Source of the DNA: an uncultured bacterium
GTDB lineage: Bacteria > Armatimonadota > Hebobacteria > CAIYQO01
Direction: 5' to 3'
Assembly (NCBI GenBank): GCA_903928345.1
Contig: CAIYQO010000266.1
Location: forward strand, 2,029 to 66,028
Length of the DNA: 64,000 bases
The notes beneath the pieces were generated by a model. The model ran no database searches. It had not been told where the DNA came from and was given only the letters and a program-made list of their open reading frames with translations. How positions within the stretch are numbered: the stretch's first letter is position 1; each line of letters starts with the position of its first letter. The position numbers and the translations under genes are program-made. Shown here piece after piece: positions 18,389 through 28,532 of this stretch.

Positions 18389-20515
18389 ATGCCGCAATCC
18401 TCTCGCGTCCTCCTCCTGCTCATCGTCGTGCTGCTCGCCGCCGGCGCGTGCGCGGCGGAGACGCCGTTGAAGTATTCCGCCGGGTGGCTCGGGAACAGCT
18501 TTGCCAACCCGCAGTGGATTCAAAAGGACGGCCTGGGGCTGGCGGTGGGGGCGGACGGCGCCTGCTACCTCACCGCGTCGTGGGACGAAGTCGGCAAGGG
18601 GCTGGGTATCTATCGCGACGGCAACGCGGTCGGGATGTGCCAGGGCATCAGCGTCGGCGACGGCGCGGTGGCGGTGGACGACAAATACATCTATGGCGGC
18701 ACCTACCGCGACATCGCGGGCAAAGGGACGCATGGCATCGGGCGTTGGGGGCTGGACGGCTCGCCGGCACCGACCGCGGGGGGCTCGAACTTCCTGCCCA
18801 TCGGGGCGGCGTGGATGGCCGCCGCGACGGCGTACCAGGGCGAATTATTCGTCGGGGATACCGACGCGATTCGCGTCTACGACCGGGAGACGCTGGTGGA
18901 GAAGCGCCACTTCCCCTGCCCGCACCCGTTTCGGCTGGCGGTGGACCACACCGGGCTGCTGTGGGTGATCGGGTGCGTCGCGACCACCGAGGCGGGCATG
19001 CCGGCCACGCTGACGCAATACACCCGCGACGGGGCGCTCACCGGCGTGCGGATCGCCGATGTGGACGGCGCCACCGCGCTGGCGATCACCCCGACGGGGG
19101 GGCTGCTGGTGGCCGGGCCGCGGCAGCAGGTGCTGAAATACGACCTGTCAGGCCAGGCGCCTAAACTGGTCGGCACACTGGGCGTGGCGGGCGGCGTGTG
19201 GGCCGGCACGCCCGGCGCGATGGCACCGAACAAGCTGCTGGGGCTGATCGGCGTGGGGTGCGACGCGCTCGGAAATATCTACACGTTGGGGCGCGCCCCG
19301 GCGGTGGGCGGCGGCGTGGACTTGCGCAAGTTCAAGGCCGACGGCACCCTCATCTGGCAGCGCTTCAACACCGGCTTCACCGACTGCGCGGACGTGGACC
19401 CGGCGTCGGACGGCCTGGACGTCTACACCCGCGACGAGCACTTCGTTTTCGACGCCAAGAAGCCGCTCGGGGCGCAGTGGGTATGGAAGGGCTACACCCT
19501 CGACCCGCGCTATGACGACGGTCGCGCCGAGGGGCGCGCTTGCGGCGACAGCATGTTCAACTGGGGCTCGCCCCTCGTGCGGCGGCTGCAGGGGCGGCTG
19601 TACCTGTTCACGCGCCCGGGCAGCTACTTCGGCATCTTCCGCCAGGGGAAGGGCGAGGTGTTCCTCCCCAGCGGGCTCATCGGGCTCACGCCGACATGGC
19701 TTATCGTCGCCCCCGCCGACAACCGGCGCGACACCGTGTGGCCCCCGCAGCAACCCACCCCGCGCTCGCGGTGGAACTGGCGCGACGCCAACGGCGACGG
19801 CAAAATTCAGCCCGAGGAGATCACCAACTCCCCCAAGCTGCTGACCGAAGTGGAAGCGATCAACGGCTCCTGGGTGGATGACCAGGGGGATATCTGGCTG
19901 GCCGGCTCCTCGAGCGGCATCCGCTGCCTGTGGCACATGCCGCTGCTGGGCTTCGACGCGCAGCAGAACCCGATCTACACGTGGGAGAAGACGCAGCGCC
20001 TGCCCTTGCCCAAGGAGTTCACCGATTGCGGCCGCATCCAGTATGACGCGCGCACGGATACCATGTATCTCTCCGGCATGACCCCGGAGCACCCGAACGA
20101 CACGCACTGGGGGGACATCGGGCCGGTGATCGCGCGGTATGACCACTGGTCGAAACCGGAACGCACCCTGCGCTGGACAATTCAGGAGCCGGCCGGCCCG
20201 CCGAAGTCGGCGAACGGCGACGCCTTCTTCCCCGCGCTCGCCATCGCCGGCAATCGCGTCTTCGTGATGCAGCGCTACGGGGCGCGCATCTGGGTCTACG
20301 ACGCGGACAGCGGCGCCTACGCCGGCATGGTCACCACCACGCCGGAGGTCGGCCCCTCCGGCTGGTGCGATATGCCCTTCGGCCTGTCCGCCTTCGCGCG
20401 CAAAGACGGCAGCGTGTTGCTGCTGGCGGAAGACGACTACCGCCCGAAGGTGCGCACCTACCTGGTGCCGCCGCAGCCGCTGGACCCCAAGGCGGTGCGC
20501 CCGGCGGCGTGGTAA
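18389..20515 (+). CDS. large secreted beta-propeller-like protein, type B paralog
   Basis: 708 aa. Signal peptide. Shares GFDAQQNPIYTWEK and a C-terminal AEDDY module with 25884 and 45163. Divergent from type A gene 14281. Confidence 0.7.
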   Translation: MPQSSRVLLLLIVVLLAAGACAAETPLKYSAGWLGNSFANPQWIQKDGLGLAVGADGACYLTASWDEVGKGLGIYRDGNAVGMCQGISVGDGAVAVDDKYIYGGTYRDIAGKGTHGIGRWGLDGSPAPTAGGSNFLPIGAAWMAAATAYQGELFVGDTDAIRVYDRETLVEKRHFPCPHPFRLAVDHTGLLWVIGCVATTEAGMPATLTQYTRDGALTGVRIADVDGATALAITPTGGLLVAGPRQQVLKYDLSGQAPKLVGTLGVAGGVWAGTPGAMAPNKLLGLIGVGCDALGNIYTLGRAPAVGGGVDLRKFKADGTLIWQRFNTGFTDCADVDPASDGLDVYTRDEHFVFDAKKPLGAQWVWKGYTLDPRYDDGRAEGRACGDSMFNWGSPLVRRLQGRLYLFTRPGSYFGIFRQGKGEVFLPSGLIGLTPTWLIVAPADNRRDTVWPPQQPTPRSRWNWRDANGDGKIQPEEITNSPKLLTEVEAINGSWVDDQGDIWLAGSSSGIRCLWHMPLLGFDAQQNPIYTWEKTQRLPLPKEFTDCGRIQYDARTDTMYLSGMTPEHPNDTHWGDIGPVIARYDHWSKPERTLRWTIQEPAGPPKSANGDAFFPALAIAGNRVFVMQRYGARIWVYDADSGAYAGMVTTTPEVGPSGWCDMPFGLSAFARKDGSVLLLAEDDYRPKVRTYLVPPQPLDPKAVRPAAW

Positions 20516-20523
20516 GGGCGTAA

Positions 20524-21264
20524 TCATTCCCCCGCGCGCACCACTTCGGTGTAGTCATACACGCCGGTGATGCGCTGGCCGGCGGGCACGGTCAGGTATT
20601 CGGCCGCGGACCATTCGCCGTCGATGAGGCCGCGAATCAGGCGGATGTCGCCGTCCAGGCGGGTGCAGGCGCGGCCCTCGGCGGCCGCCTTCACGCGGAA
20701 CTCCTCGGCGTAGCCCAGGTGCGCGGTTTCGGGCAAGTCGATGAAGACGGCGGGGTGGCCTTCGGCGGGCTCGGGGTGCATCGTCTCCCACACATAGCGC
20801 GCATCCTCCTCGCCGTACTGCTCCACCAGCGCGGCGAAGGCATCGCCCACGAAGAGCTTGTTCTCGCCATCCTCGACGCGCAGGAAGTAATCACCGCGCT
20901 CCAGGTAGCCAGCAGAGCTGAAGGGTGTGCTGGGGTGGTCGCCGAAGTGTTCCACAAAGCGCTCCCGGGCCCCGAGCAATATAGTGCAGCAGTCGTGGGC
21001 GCGCGGCAACACCAGTGGCACGCGTCCCGCCTGCAGGCCGACCGTGGCATTGCCGCACACGCCGAAGAGGAGCAATATGGCGTCGTACGCCTTGCCGGCG
21101 GAGTCGGCGGCATCGATGCGCGCCTGCAGCGACGCGCGCAGCGTGTCGCTGTGCACGTGCTCGCCCAGCTCGGTGAATTCCACGTCGAAGACGTGCGGCG
21201 ACCGGGAAACGCACAGGCAGGCTTCCCGGAGAAAAACGTTGCAGGCAATCAGCTTCAACAGCAT
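20524..21264 (-). CDS. DUF1638-family protein
   Basis: 246 aa with LLLFGVCGN and AHDCCTILLG motifs typical of DUF1638. Confidence 0.6.
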   Translation of the reverse strand: MLLKLIACNVFLREACLCVSRSPHVFDVEFTELGEHVHSDTLRASLQARIDAADSAGKAYDAILLLFGVCGNATVGLQAGRVPLVLPRAHDCCTILLGARERFVEHFGDHPSTPFSSAGYLERGDYFLRVEDGENKLFVGDAFAALVEQYGEEDARYVWETMHPEPAEGHPAVFIDLPETAHLGYAEEFRVKAAAEGRACTRLDGDIRLIRGLIDGEWSAAEYLTVPAGQRITGVYDYTEVVRAGE

Positions 21265-21365
21265 GGATCATCCCCCCGAGGCAAGTGTACCGGGGGGCAC
21301 GGCAACCTGTAAAGGGGTAAGTCGCCGGGCGGTTCAGCTAAGCGTTTCGCGCTCTCGCGCGACCC

Positions 21366-21520
21366 TCATCCCCCAGCCCCTTCTCCCAGGGGGAGAAGGG
21401 GGGCGTCCGATCGGCGTACACGCACGGGGACCAACACGCCCTCTCCCCGCTGGGAGAGGGTTGGGGTGAGGGCCGCGCCGGGAGGCGCGGAACGTATAAG
21501 TGAACCGTATTGGGGCAGAT
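21366..21520. repeat. G-rich hairpin repeats (CCCTTCTCCC-AGGG-GGAGAAGGG; CCCTCTCCCCGCTGGGAGAGGG...GGGTGAGGGCCGCGCCGGGAGGCGCGG)
   Basis: A block of about 85 nt at 21437-21520 is about 90% identical to 28343-28425. A related hairpin lies at 59368-59389. Confidence 0.45.
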
Positions 21521-21658
21521 CGCCGCGCGGGGTGTTCACTGTTCGCTTATCTGTTTCCGAGCTGACAATCAATCATCAGGTCGAAGAGCAGGCAACCGCA
21601 TACAAAGATCAAACAAGTATAATGGGAGCCGACGCATCCCTCGCTAATCCAGTCGGAG

Positions 21659-23731
21659 GTGAACGCCATGTCCCGCGAGCATATCTGTCAGACCCTGAAA
21701 CCTTTCCCGATGGCCCCGTACGTCTTCATCACCGAAGAGACGACGGCGGACGATCTGGCGCGCTACTTCGCCGACATCAAGGCGTGCGGCTTCGACGCCG
21801 TGCGCACCGGCAACGCGCCGACCTACCTGGGTCCCGACGAGATCGACTACACGGTGAGCGACCTGTTCTTCCGGCTGGCGGAGGAGCACGGGCTGCTGCT
21901 CTTCCCGCACTTCCAGATGAGTTACTGCGGCTGGATGGGCGCGGCGCCGCACGCTATCGATCCCGTGCGCAACCTGCTGGACGAGCGCTACCATGCCCTG
22001 CTCGACGCCTACTTCACCGCCGTGGTGCGCCGCTACCGCGAACACCCCGCGCTGCTGGCGTGGATCGGCATCGGCGAGCCGGGCAGCTTTCCCGAGGCGC
22101 TGCTCGACGACCCGCAGGTGCGCGCCCTATACCGTGCCTGGCTGCAGGAACAGTACGGCTCGCTGCCGGCGCTGGAGCACGCGTGGGGATTCGGCAGCCG
22201 GTTGCCGTATGGCCACGAAGAGGTGACGGCGTGGGACGCCGGGGCGCACTGGGCCGGGCAGGTCTTCGAAAAGTACCGCCATCAGCGCGACTGGCTGCGC
22301 TTCCAGACGGAGTTCCTGCTGGAGCAGACGACGACCTGTGAACGGGTGACCATGCGCGAGGACGACCGACATCCTCTCCTCACCGGCATCCACAACGTGC
22401 TGGCGAACGCGGCGGCGAAGACGTGGGATTTCGGCCTGCAGGCGAGCCGCGCGGACGGGCTGATGTCCTCCATCCACGCGGGGTGGCACTCGGGACTCGG
22501 CGACTACGAATTCTTCCTGCCGCTGTATGTCCAGGCGCGCATGACGCGCGATTTTTGCAAGGACGGCTGGGCAATCGCCTACGAAACCACCGGCGGCCCG
22601 AACTTCCGCTCCGCCGACCGCGGCTACAACCTGCACCCGCGCGAGCGGTATCAGATGATGCTCGGGTACCTGGCCGCCGGGCTGCAAGGCGGCGGCTTCT
22701 GGACGTGGAACGCCCGCCTGACCGGCTACGAGGCGGGGGAATACGCGCTGACCACGCTGCAAGGCACGCCCGCCGCGCGGGCACGGCTGCTGGGCGACTT
22801 TGCCCGCCGCATGGCGCAGTGGCGGGAGGAGCTGTACGACGCGAAGCCCGAACGCCTCGCCGCGGTGCTCTACAGTTGGGAGAGCGAGGCCTTCTGCGCC
22901 TACGACCGGCTCACCCACGCGGAGTCCATGCAGCGCGACGCGGGCTCGCGCCACCGCCTGGGTGCCGCGCGCAGCCTGACGGACGCCAACATCCCGTGGG
23001 AGTTCGTCACCGACGCGGAGCTGTGCGACGGCACCGTGCACGCCTACCCGGTGCTCGTGATCCCCGGGATGCCGGTGGTGTCCGATGCCGCGCTGGCGGC
23101 GCTGGACGACTACGTCCGCGGCGGCGGCACGCTGATCGTCGATATGCCCTTCGCGGTCTACGATGAAAACGGCCGCATCCGCACCGCAGGCGCCGGGGGC
23201 GCGGTCGACCGCGTGCTGGGCGCCTACCTCGCCGACATCTATGACACCTTCAACGAGCCGATGGCGCTGGGCGCGCTGCCGGTGGAGGGCACCTTCGGCG
23301 AGTGGGTGCCGACGGCGGCCACCGTGCAGGCGACCTTCGCCGACGGACGCCCGGCGGTATTGGAGCACCGGCTGGGCGCGGGGCGTGCCGTGTGCTTCGC
23401 CTTCGAGGTGTGCGGCCGGAGCGCGTCGGCCGGCCAACCCGACTATGAACACCTGCTGGCGGAGACGGTGCTGGCGGGGCGCGCACACCCCTGGACGTGC
23501 CCCGACGCCGTGGCCTTCCGGCGGCAAGTGGGCGCGGTTGATTACTACTACCTGGTCAACCTCGGCGCGGCCCGCGACACGACCCTGCAGGTGCACGACG
23601 CGGCGTACCGCACCGTGCACGATGTCATGGCCGACGCCGCCCTCCCATACACGACGAACGACGAGGGGTGCGCGGTCCCCGTGCATCTGCCCGCGGGCAT
23701 GGGCGCCTGGCTGCGTTGCGAGCGCGGGTGA
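21659..23731 (+). CDS. glycoside hydrolase, GH42-like beta-galactosidase family (TIM barrel plus trimerisation-like middle domain)
   Basis: 690 aa. The middle domain YPVLVIPGMPVVSDAALAALDDYVRGGGTLI resembles the GH42 M-domain. The N-terminal TIM-barrel region is consistent. Confidence 0.55.
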   Translation: MNAMSREHICQTLKPFPMAPYVFITEETTADDLARYFADIKACGFDAVRTGNAPTYLGPDEIDYTVSDLFFRLAEEHGLLLFPHFQMSYCGWMGAAPHAIDPVRNLLDERYHALLDAYFTAVVRRYREHPALLAWIGIGEPGSFPEALLDDPQVRALYRAWLQEQYGSLPALEHAWGFGSRLPYGHEEVTAWDAGAHWAGQVFEKYRHQRDWLRFQTEFLLEQTTTCERVTMREDDRHPLLTGIHNVLANAAAKTWDFGLQASRADGLMSSIHAGWHSGLGDYEFFLPLYVQARMTRDFCKDGWAIAYETTGGPNFRSADRGYNLHPRERYQMMLGYLAAGLQGGGFWTWNARLTGYEAGEYALTTLQGTPAARARLLGDFARRMAQWREELYDAKPERLAAVLYSWESEAFCAYDRLTHAESMQRDAGSRHRLGAARSLTDANIPWEFVTDAELCDGTVHAYPVLVIPGMPVVSDAALAALDDYVRGGGTLIVDMPFAVYDENGRIRTAGAGGAVDRVLGAYLADIYDTFNEPMALGALPVEGTFGEWVPTAATVQATFADGRPAVLEHRLGAGRAVCFAFEVCGRSASAGQPDYEHLLAETVLAGRAHPWTCPDAVAFRRQVGAVDYYYLVNLGAARDTTLQVHDAAYRTVHDVMADAALPYTTNDEGCAVPVHLPAGMGAWLRCERG

Positions 23732-23738
23732 AGGCGCG

Positions 23739-24740
23739 CTACGCCTCGTCGGTATAACGCAACAACACCTTGCCGGTTTGCCCCGCGGCGAAGCGCGCGT
23801 AGGCATCGGCGGCGTCGGCGAAGGGCAGGCGGTCGGTGATAAGGTCGTGCAGGCGCAGCCCGTCGCGGTACAGTTGCAGCATGGCGGGATATTCGCCGAA
23901 GTGATAGAACCACGCGCCGACGGCGGTAATGTCGCGGCGGATGAACTGCTCGCTGGGCGAGATGGGCAGCGCCCCCTGCTCGCCGTTGAAGACCACGGTG
24001 CCCGCGGTGCGCACGGCGGCGAAGCAGGCCAACGCGCTTTCCGGGCGCCCCGCCGCTTCGATGCAGACGTCCGCGCCGGTGTCGTCGGTCAGCGCGCGCA
24101 CGGCGGCCACGGGGTCGCCATCGTCGACCTGCACCACCGCCTGCGCCCCCAGGCGCCGCGCCAGCGCGAGGCGGGTGGCCGAGCGGTCCACCGCGATGAC
24201 GCGCCGCCCCAGGTGGGCCTGCAGCAGCACGCTGCCCAACCCCACCGGTCCCACGCCGAAGACCGCGACGGTACGCACGGAATCCGCGAGCTTCGTCGAG
24301 GTATGGTACGGCACGCCCAGCCCGTCGCCGGTGAGCAGCACGCCGGCCTCCCAGGCGACATCATCGGGCAACGGGTGGCAGGCGTTGGCGGCGGCAAGGA
24401 ACTGCTCCGCGTGCATATTGCCGTAGAAGCTGAAGCCCCGGCACCAGGTATACTGTCCCAGCGCGCAATAGGTGCAGTGCCCGCACCCCGCGATGGCGCT
24501 CACGCCCACACGCTGCCCCACCGTGAGGCCGGTCACCCCCGCGCCGAGGGCACGCACCCACCCCGCGGCTTCGTGCCCGTTGTTGCCGCCCGCCACGCCG
24601 CCGCTGCGATAGTCGTGCAATTCGCTGCCGCACAGCGCGGAGACCGCGGTCTGAATCACGACCTCACCCGGGCCGGCCACCGGCTCCGGCGCGTCGGCCA
24701 TTGTCACCCGGCTCTCGCCGTCGAGGATAAGGCGTTTCAT
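23739..24740 (-). CDS. zinc-dependent alcohol dehydrogenase (MDR family)
   Basis: MKRLILDG.., GHEAAGWV, CGHCTYC structural-Zn motif, and GVGPVGLG Rossmann. The ATG overlaps the TGA of the upstream gene (ATGA). Confidence 0.8.
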   Translation of the reverse strand: MKRLILDGESRVTMADAPEPVAGPGEVVIQTAVSALCGSELHDYRSGGVAGGNNGHEAAGWVRALGAGVTGLTVGQRVGVSAIAGCGHCTYCALGQYTWCRGFSFYGNMHAEQFLAAANACHPLPDDVAWEAGVLLTGDGLGVPYHTSTKLADSVRTVAVFGVGPVGLGSVLLQAHLGRRVIAVDRSATRLALARRLGAQAVVQVDDGDPVAAVRALTDDTGADVCIEAAGRPESALACFAAVRTAGTVVFNGEQGALPISPSEQFIRRDITAVGAWFYHFGEYPAMLQLYRDGLRLHDLITDRLPFADAADAYARFAAGQTGKVLLRYTDEA

Positions 24741-25729
24741 ACGCGAACTCCTAACATCGGCAGCGGGAATTCCCCCTGCACGTCGACCGGGCGGCGTTCC
24801 GCGACGGCGCGCCGCAGTGCCGCTTCGAATTGCAGCTCCACCACGCCGGCCAACCCCGGCACGGGCGGGGGCGCGTCGGCGCGAATGCTGTCGAGATACG
24901 CGCCCAGCGCCTGCTCGAAGGAGGCATCGTACTGGTGCCAGCGCGAATGGTTGGGGATGAGGGCGTGGGTTTCCGCGTAGCGGCTCCCGTTTTCGTAGAC
25001 TTCCAGCGTGCCGTCCAGATCGCGGAAGCGCAACATGCCGTGGGCAAAGCACAGCGTCATGTCGTACAGCGCCAGCGAGAAATCCGTGCCGCCGGTGCCG
25101 AGAATCGTGCCGGTGGCCCCCTGGACCAGCGTGAAGGCCGCCGCCACGTCGCCCGCCTGGCCGGCGTCGCCCGCCAGCGCGGTGATCGTCGCCGCCCGCC
25201 CGCCGAACAGGTGCAGCAGGTCGATGCAGTGGCTCCAGCAGGCGAAGTGCACCAGCAGCGTGGCCTGCTGCAAGGGGCCGAAGTTGCGCTCCGCCACAAT
25301 GCGCCGGGCGCGCTGCGACTGGGCGAAGAAACGGTAGTTGAAGACCATCGCCGTCTGCACGCCCGCCCCCTCCGCGCGCGCCAACAGCGCCGCGGCGCGG
25401 GTGAAATCGCCCTCGCACACCTGCGCCTGCCCATGTTGGGCGACGAGGGGTTTCTCGAAGAAGAGGCGCTTCACCGGCCCGGCGTCGAGCAGTGCGGTGG
25501 CCGCCGCGTCGCGGGTAGTCTCATTAGTGAGCAGCAGCACGGCATCCGGCGCGTCGTCCACCAGCGCGCGCAGGGAGTCGTAGACGCGCCCGCCGAAGTC
25601 GCGCGCGCAGGCCTCCGCCTTCTCCCGCGTGCGCGAGAAGTAGCTCAGCGTCACGTCCGCCTGCCCCGCGAGAAACGGGAGATAGTTGCCGCGGGCCACG
25701 GCGCCCGTGCCGACGATGGCGATCTTCAT
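24737..25729 (-). CDS. Gfo/Idh/MocA-family NAD(P)-dependent oxidoreductase
   Basis: MKIAIVGTGAVARGNYLPFL N-terminal Rossmann fold. 330 aa. Confidence 0.8.
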   Translation of the reverse strand: MKIAIVGTGAVARGNYLPFLAGQADVTLSYFSRTREKAEACARDFGGRVYDSLRALVDDAPDAVLLLTNETTRDAAATALLDAGPVKRLFFEKPLVAQHGQAQVCEGDFTRAAALLARAEGAGVQTAMVFNYRFFAQSQRARRIVAERNFGPLQQATLLVHFACWSHCIDLLHLFGGRAATITALAGDAGQAGDVAAAFTLVQGATGTILGTGGTDFSLALYDMTLCFAHGMLRFRDLDGTLEVYENGSRYAETHALIPNHSRWHQYDASFEQALGAYLDSIRADAPPPVPGLAGVVELQFEAALRRAVAERRPVDVQGEFPLPMLGVRV

Positions 25730-25883
25730 CGGGTCACCTTTCTGCGTGCCGGCTACCGATGGCCGGGTTGGTTCATCTTACCAACTGCCGACCGGGTTGG
25801 CAATGCAACGTAACGCGTCATCGGAAGGGATTTGCACCGGAATAGCAAATAACAGAGCTATCCGTTTTCGGGGAGGCGTGCCC

Positions 25884-28250
25884 ATGCACACCCGCCTGTT
25901 CCTTATCGTCGCGCTGCTGTTCGCCGGGCTGGCCGTGTCCGCGGCGGAGCCGTCGCGCTACCGCTTTACCTACACGCTGCCGACGGCGGCGGCGCTGACC
26001 AGCGCGGGGGTATACGATGCCCACGACCACCTGGTGAAGACGCTGTGGACGCTGCAGCCGCTGGCGGCGGGGGTGCAAACGGCCGCCTGGGACGGGCTGG
26101 ACGCCGACGGGCAGCCCGTGCCGGCGGGCGCCTACACCTGCAAGGTGGTGGTGAACCGCGGGGTCTACACGCAGCGCGGCATCATCGGCAACACGGGCAC
26201 ACCGAGTAATACCTTCGGCCACGTGCCCATCAACTTCGAGGCGGTGGCGGTGGATCGCGACGGCTTCATCTACACCGTGCATGACTGGGATGAGCCGCAC
26301 AACGACGTGATCCGCTGGAACCCCGCCACCGGCGCCGTGGCCTCGCACTCCGGGCACCCCATCGGCGACCTGATGAAGGCGGTGGCGGTGGACGACGCTT
26401 ACGCCTACGTCTCCCTTTACAGCAACCTGGACGACCGCGCCAAAGCGAAGTTTTACCTGGCTCGCCTGCGCATCGACAAAACGCCAGGCGCCGCGGGATG
26501 GGCGGTGACGCCCTTCACCAAAGCGGGGCGTTTCCTCATGGTTTACGACGACGGCGCGGCGTACCCCGACGGGGTCAGCGACGCCGACCGCGGGCTGATG
26601 CGCGTGCCGCTGCTGTCGCTGGCGGTGCACGGACAGACCCTCTACGCCGTCGACGCGCTGGCCGGGCTGGTGCGGATGTATGACAAAACGACCGGCGAGG
26701 CCACGGGCCACATCGCCGTACCGCTGCCGCAAGCGGTGGCGGTAGCCCCCGACGGGCGGGTGTGGGTGGGCCACGCGCACCACCGGGTGAGCGTCTTTAC
26801 TGCCGACGGCAAAGCGGTCGGCACGCCGATCACCGACCTGACGGAGGTGAACGCGCTGGCCTTCGGCCCCGACGGCGCGCTCTACGTGGCCGACCAGGGG
26901 GCCGGGCAGGTGAAGGTCTACGCGGTAGCCGGCGCCGCCGTCACGCCGCGCCGCACGCTGGGCACCCCGGCACTGCCCGGCGACCGCGCGGCGGACCACT
27001 TCTTCCACCTGCACGGGCTGGCGGTAGACGGCCAGGGCAACGTGATCACCGCGCAGAACGAATACTTCTTCAACGGCGGGCGGCTGGCCAAATTCGCCGC
27101 GGACGGCACGGTGCAGTGGGAGCAGTACGGGCTGGAGTTCCAGTCCAACGGCACCTACGGGGCCAACGATCCGGACACCTTCATCTCCGTGATGGACCAC
27201 GCCTACCGGCTGAACCGCGCCACGGGGAGCGCCGCCTACCTGGGGCAGGGCTACACCGGCACCGGCTATCACGGCGGCCCCAGCGGCACGCCGCGGGTGT
27301 GCCGCCTGGGTGCGCACGACTTCTACTACTTCCCCAGCGGAGACGGCGTGCAGGTGTACCGCATCGACCCCAACCCCGCCGGCGGCAGTCCGCTGCTCAC
27401 CTTCGTGTCCATCCTGGGCCGCGCCCAGCCGCTGCCCACCGGCGTGATGGCCGAGGCGGTGTGGAAGGGCGAGAACTACTACCTGTGGTCGTGGCACGAC
27501 GCGCGCGGCGACCACACCGTGCACCCGGAGGACGTCTCCCTGTGGGCGAAGCCGGAGGACAAGCGTCCCCTGTGGCAGTACGGCCCGCTGACGGTGGACG
27601 CCGACAAAAATATCTGGATGCCGTCCTACGACCGTGGCGGCAACACGCCGGAGCAGAACTCCGTGTGGATGGTGCCGCTGGCCGGGCTGGACGCGCAAGG
27701 CAACCCGATGTACGAGTGGAAGAACGTTGTGTGCGTGGTGCCGCGCGGGTCGCTGCTGTGGGACACCGGCGTGAAGATGGTGCAGCACGACGCCGACGGC
27801 TACACCTACCTTTACGGCGCGACGAAGCGCAAGGACGCGCCGCAGAACGGCGGGGTGTGGATGGGCGGCAACACGCTGGCCTGTTTTGACGGCCCCGAGC
27901 GCCGCTGGCAGATTCTGCTGCCCGACATCTGCGTGGGGATGGACGTGATCCCCGGCAACCAGGGTGGCTGCATTCTCGGCGGCGACCCCTTCCACGGCGG
28001 GCTGCACCATTACACGCGCGACGGGTTGCTCATCGGCAAGGTCGGCCCCGACCCGAAGCTGATGGGTGCGCCGCCGAATAACCCCAGCGGACTGCTCGAC
28101 TTCTTCGGCGCGGTGGTGGTGAAACGCAACCCGCGCGACGGTATCCTGGACGTCTTCGCCGAGGACGACTACAACCTGCGCATCGCCTGGTACCGCATCG
28201 ACGACCGCGCCATCGACACCATCAGCGGCCCGCTGACCGTTGCGCGGTAA
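25884..28250 (+). CDS. large secreted protein, type B paralog (FlgD-Ig-like plus NHL/beta-propeller-like plus C-terminal AEDDY module)
   Basis: Start at MHTRLFLIVALLF (RBS GGGAGG at 25871-76). Motifs WDGLDADGQPVPAGAYTCK and LAFGPDGALYVADQGAGQVKVY. Confidence 0.7.
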   Translation: MHTRLFLIVALLFAGLAVSAAEPSRYRFTYTLPTAAALTSAGVYDAHDHLVKTLWTLQPLAAGVQTAAWDGLDADGQPVPAGAYTCKVVVNRGVYTQRGIIGNTGTPSNTFGHVPINFEAVAVDRDGFIYTVHDWDEPHNDVIRWNPATGAVASHSGHPIGDLMKAVAVDDAYAYVSLYSNLDDRAKAKFYLARLRIDKTPGAAGWAVTPFTKAGRFLMVYDDGAAYPDGVSDADRGLMRVPLLSLAVHGQTLYAVDALAGLVRMYDKTTGEATGHIAVPLPQAVAVAPDGRVWVGHAHHRVSVFTADGKAVGTPITDLTEVNALAFGPDGALYVADQGAGQVKVYAVAGAAVTPRRTLGTPALPGDRAADHFFHLHGLAVDGQGNVITAQNEYFFNGGRLAKFAADGTVQWEQYGLEFQSNGTYGANDPDTFISVMDHAYRLNRATGSAAYLGQGYTGTGYHGGPSGTPRVCRLGAHDFYYFPSGDGVQVYRIDPNPAGGSPLLTFVSILGRAQPLPTGVMAEAVWKGENYYLWSWHDARGDHTVHPEDVSLWAKPEDKRPLWQYGPLTVDADKNIWMPSYDRGGNTPEQNSVWMVPLAGLDAQGNPMYEWKNVVCVVPRGSLLWDTGVKMVQHDADGYTYLYGATKRKDAPQNGGVWMGGNTLACFDGPERRWQILLPDICVGMDVIPGNQGGCILGGDPFHGGLHHYTRDGLLIGKVGPDPKLMGAPPNNPSGLLDFFGAVVVKRNPRDGILDVFAEDDYNLRIAWYRIDDRAIDTISGPLTVAR

Positions 28251-28294
28251 GCGGCGCGAAGAGGAAGAAACGGTCGCCGGTGATGGGAACCGGA

Positions 28295-28440
28295 CGAAAA
28301 ACTGGTATTAGCCCAATACCGTTCAAATATCCGCATCCGTCAGAGCCCCTCTCCACGCTGGGAGAGGGGTTGGGGTGAGGGCCGCGCGGGAGCGCGGAAC
28401 GACGGTTGAACGGTATTGGGTATTCGCCCGAAGTATAAGC
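28295..28440. repeat. MITE-like element carrying the G-rich core, with TIRs GGTATTAGCCCAATACCGTTCAA / TTGAACGGTATTGGGTATTCGCC
   Basis: TIRs at 28296-28321 and 28405-28430. The core is about 90% identical to 21437-21520. Confidence 0.5.
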
Positions 28441-28493
28441 TCACCGCCCGCAAGCCGACCGGTATATCGCTGTGTTTTTTCGGCCAAATCGCC

Positions 28494-28499
28494 TATAAT
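28494..28499 (+). promoter_or_regulatory. consensus -10 TATAAT about 34 nt upstream of ATG 28533
   Basis: GCCTATAATAGG. The -35 is weak. Confidence 0.3.
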
Positions 28500-28532
28500 A
28501 GGCACATCATTACCCCACGAAAAGGTGTCACC

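Noticed and set aside
21366-21572. 68-aa ORF translating to ...PLLPLGEGAGG.
   Set aside because: It is a reading of the G-rich hairpin repeat and the same repeat occurs elsewhere, so it was called as a repeat, not a gene.
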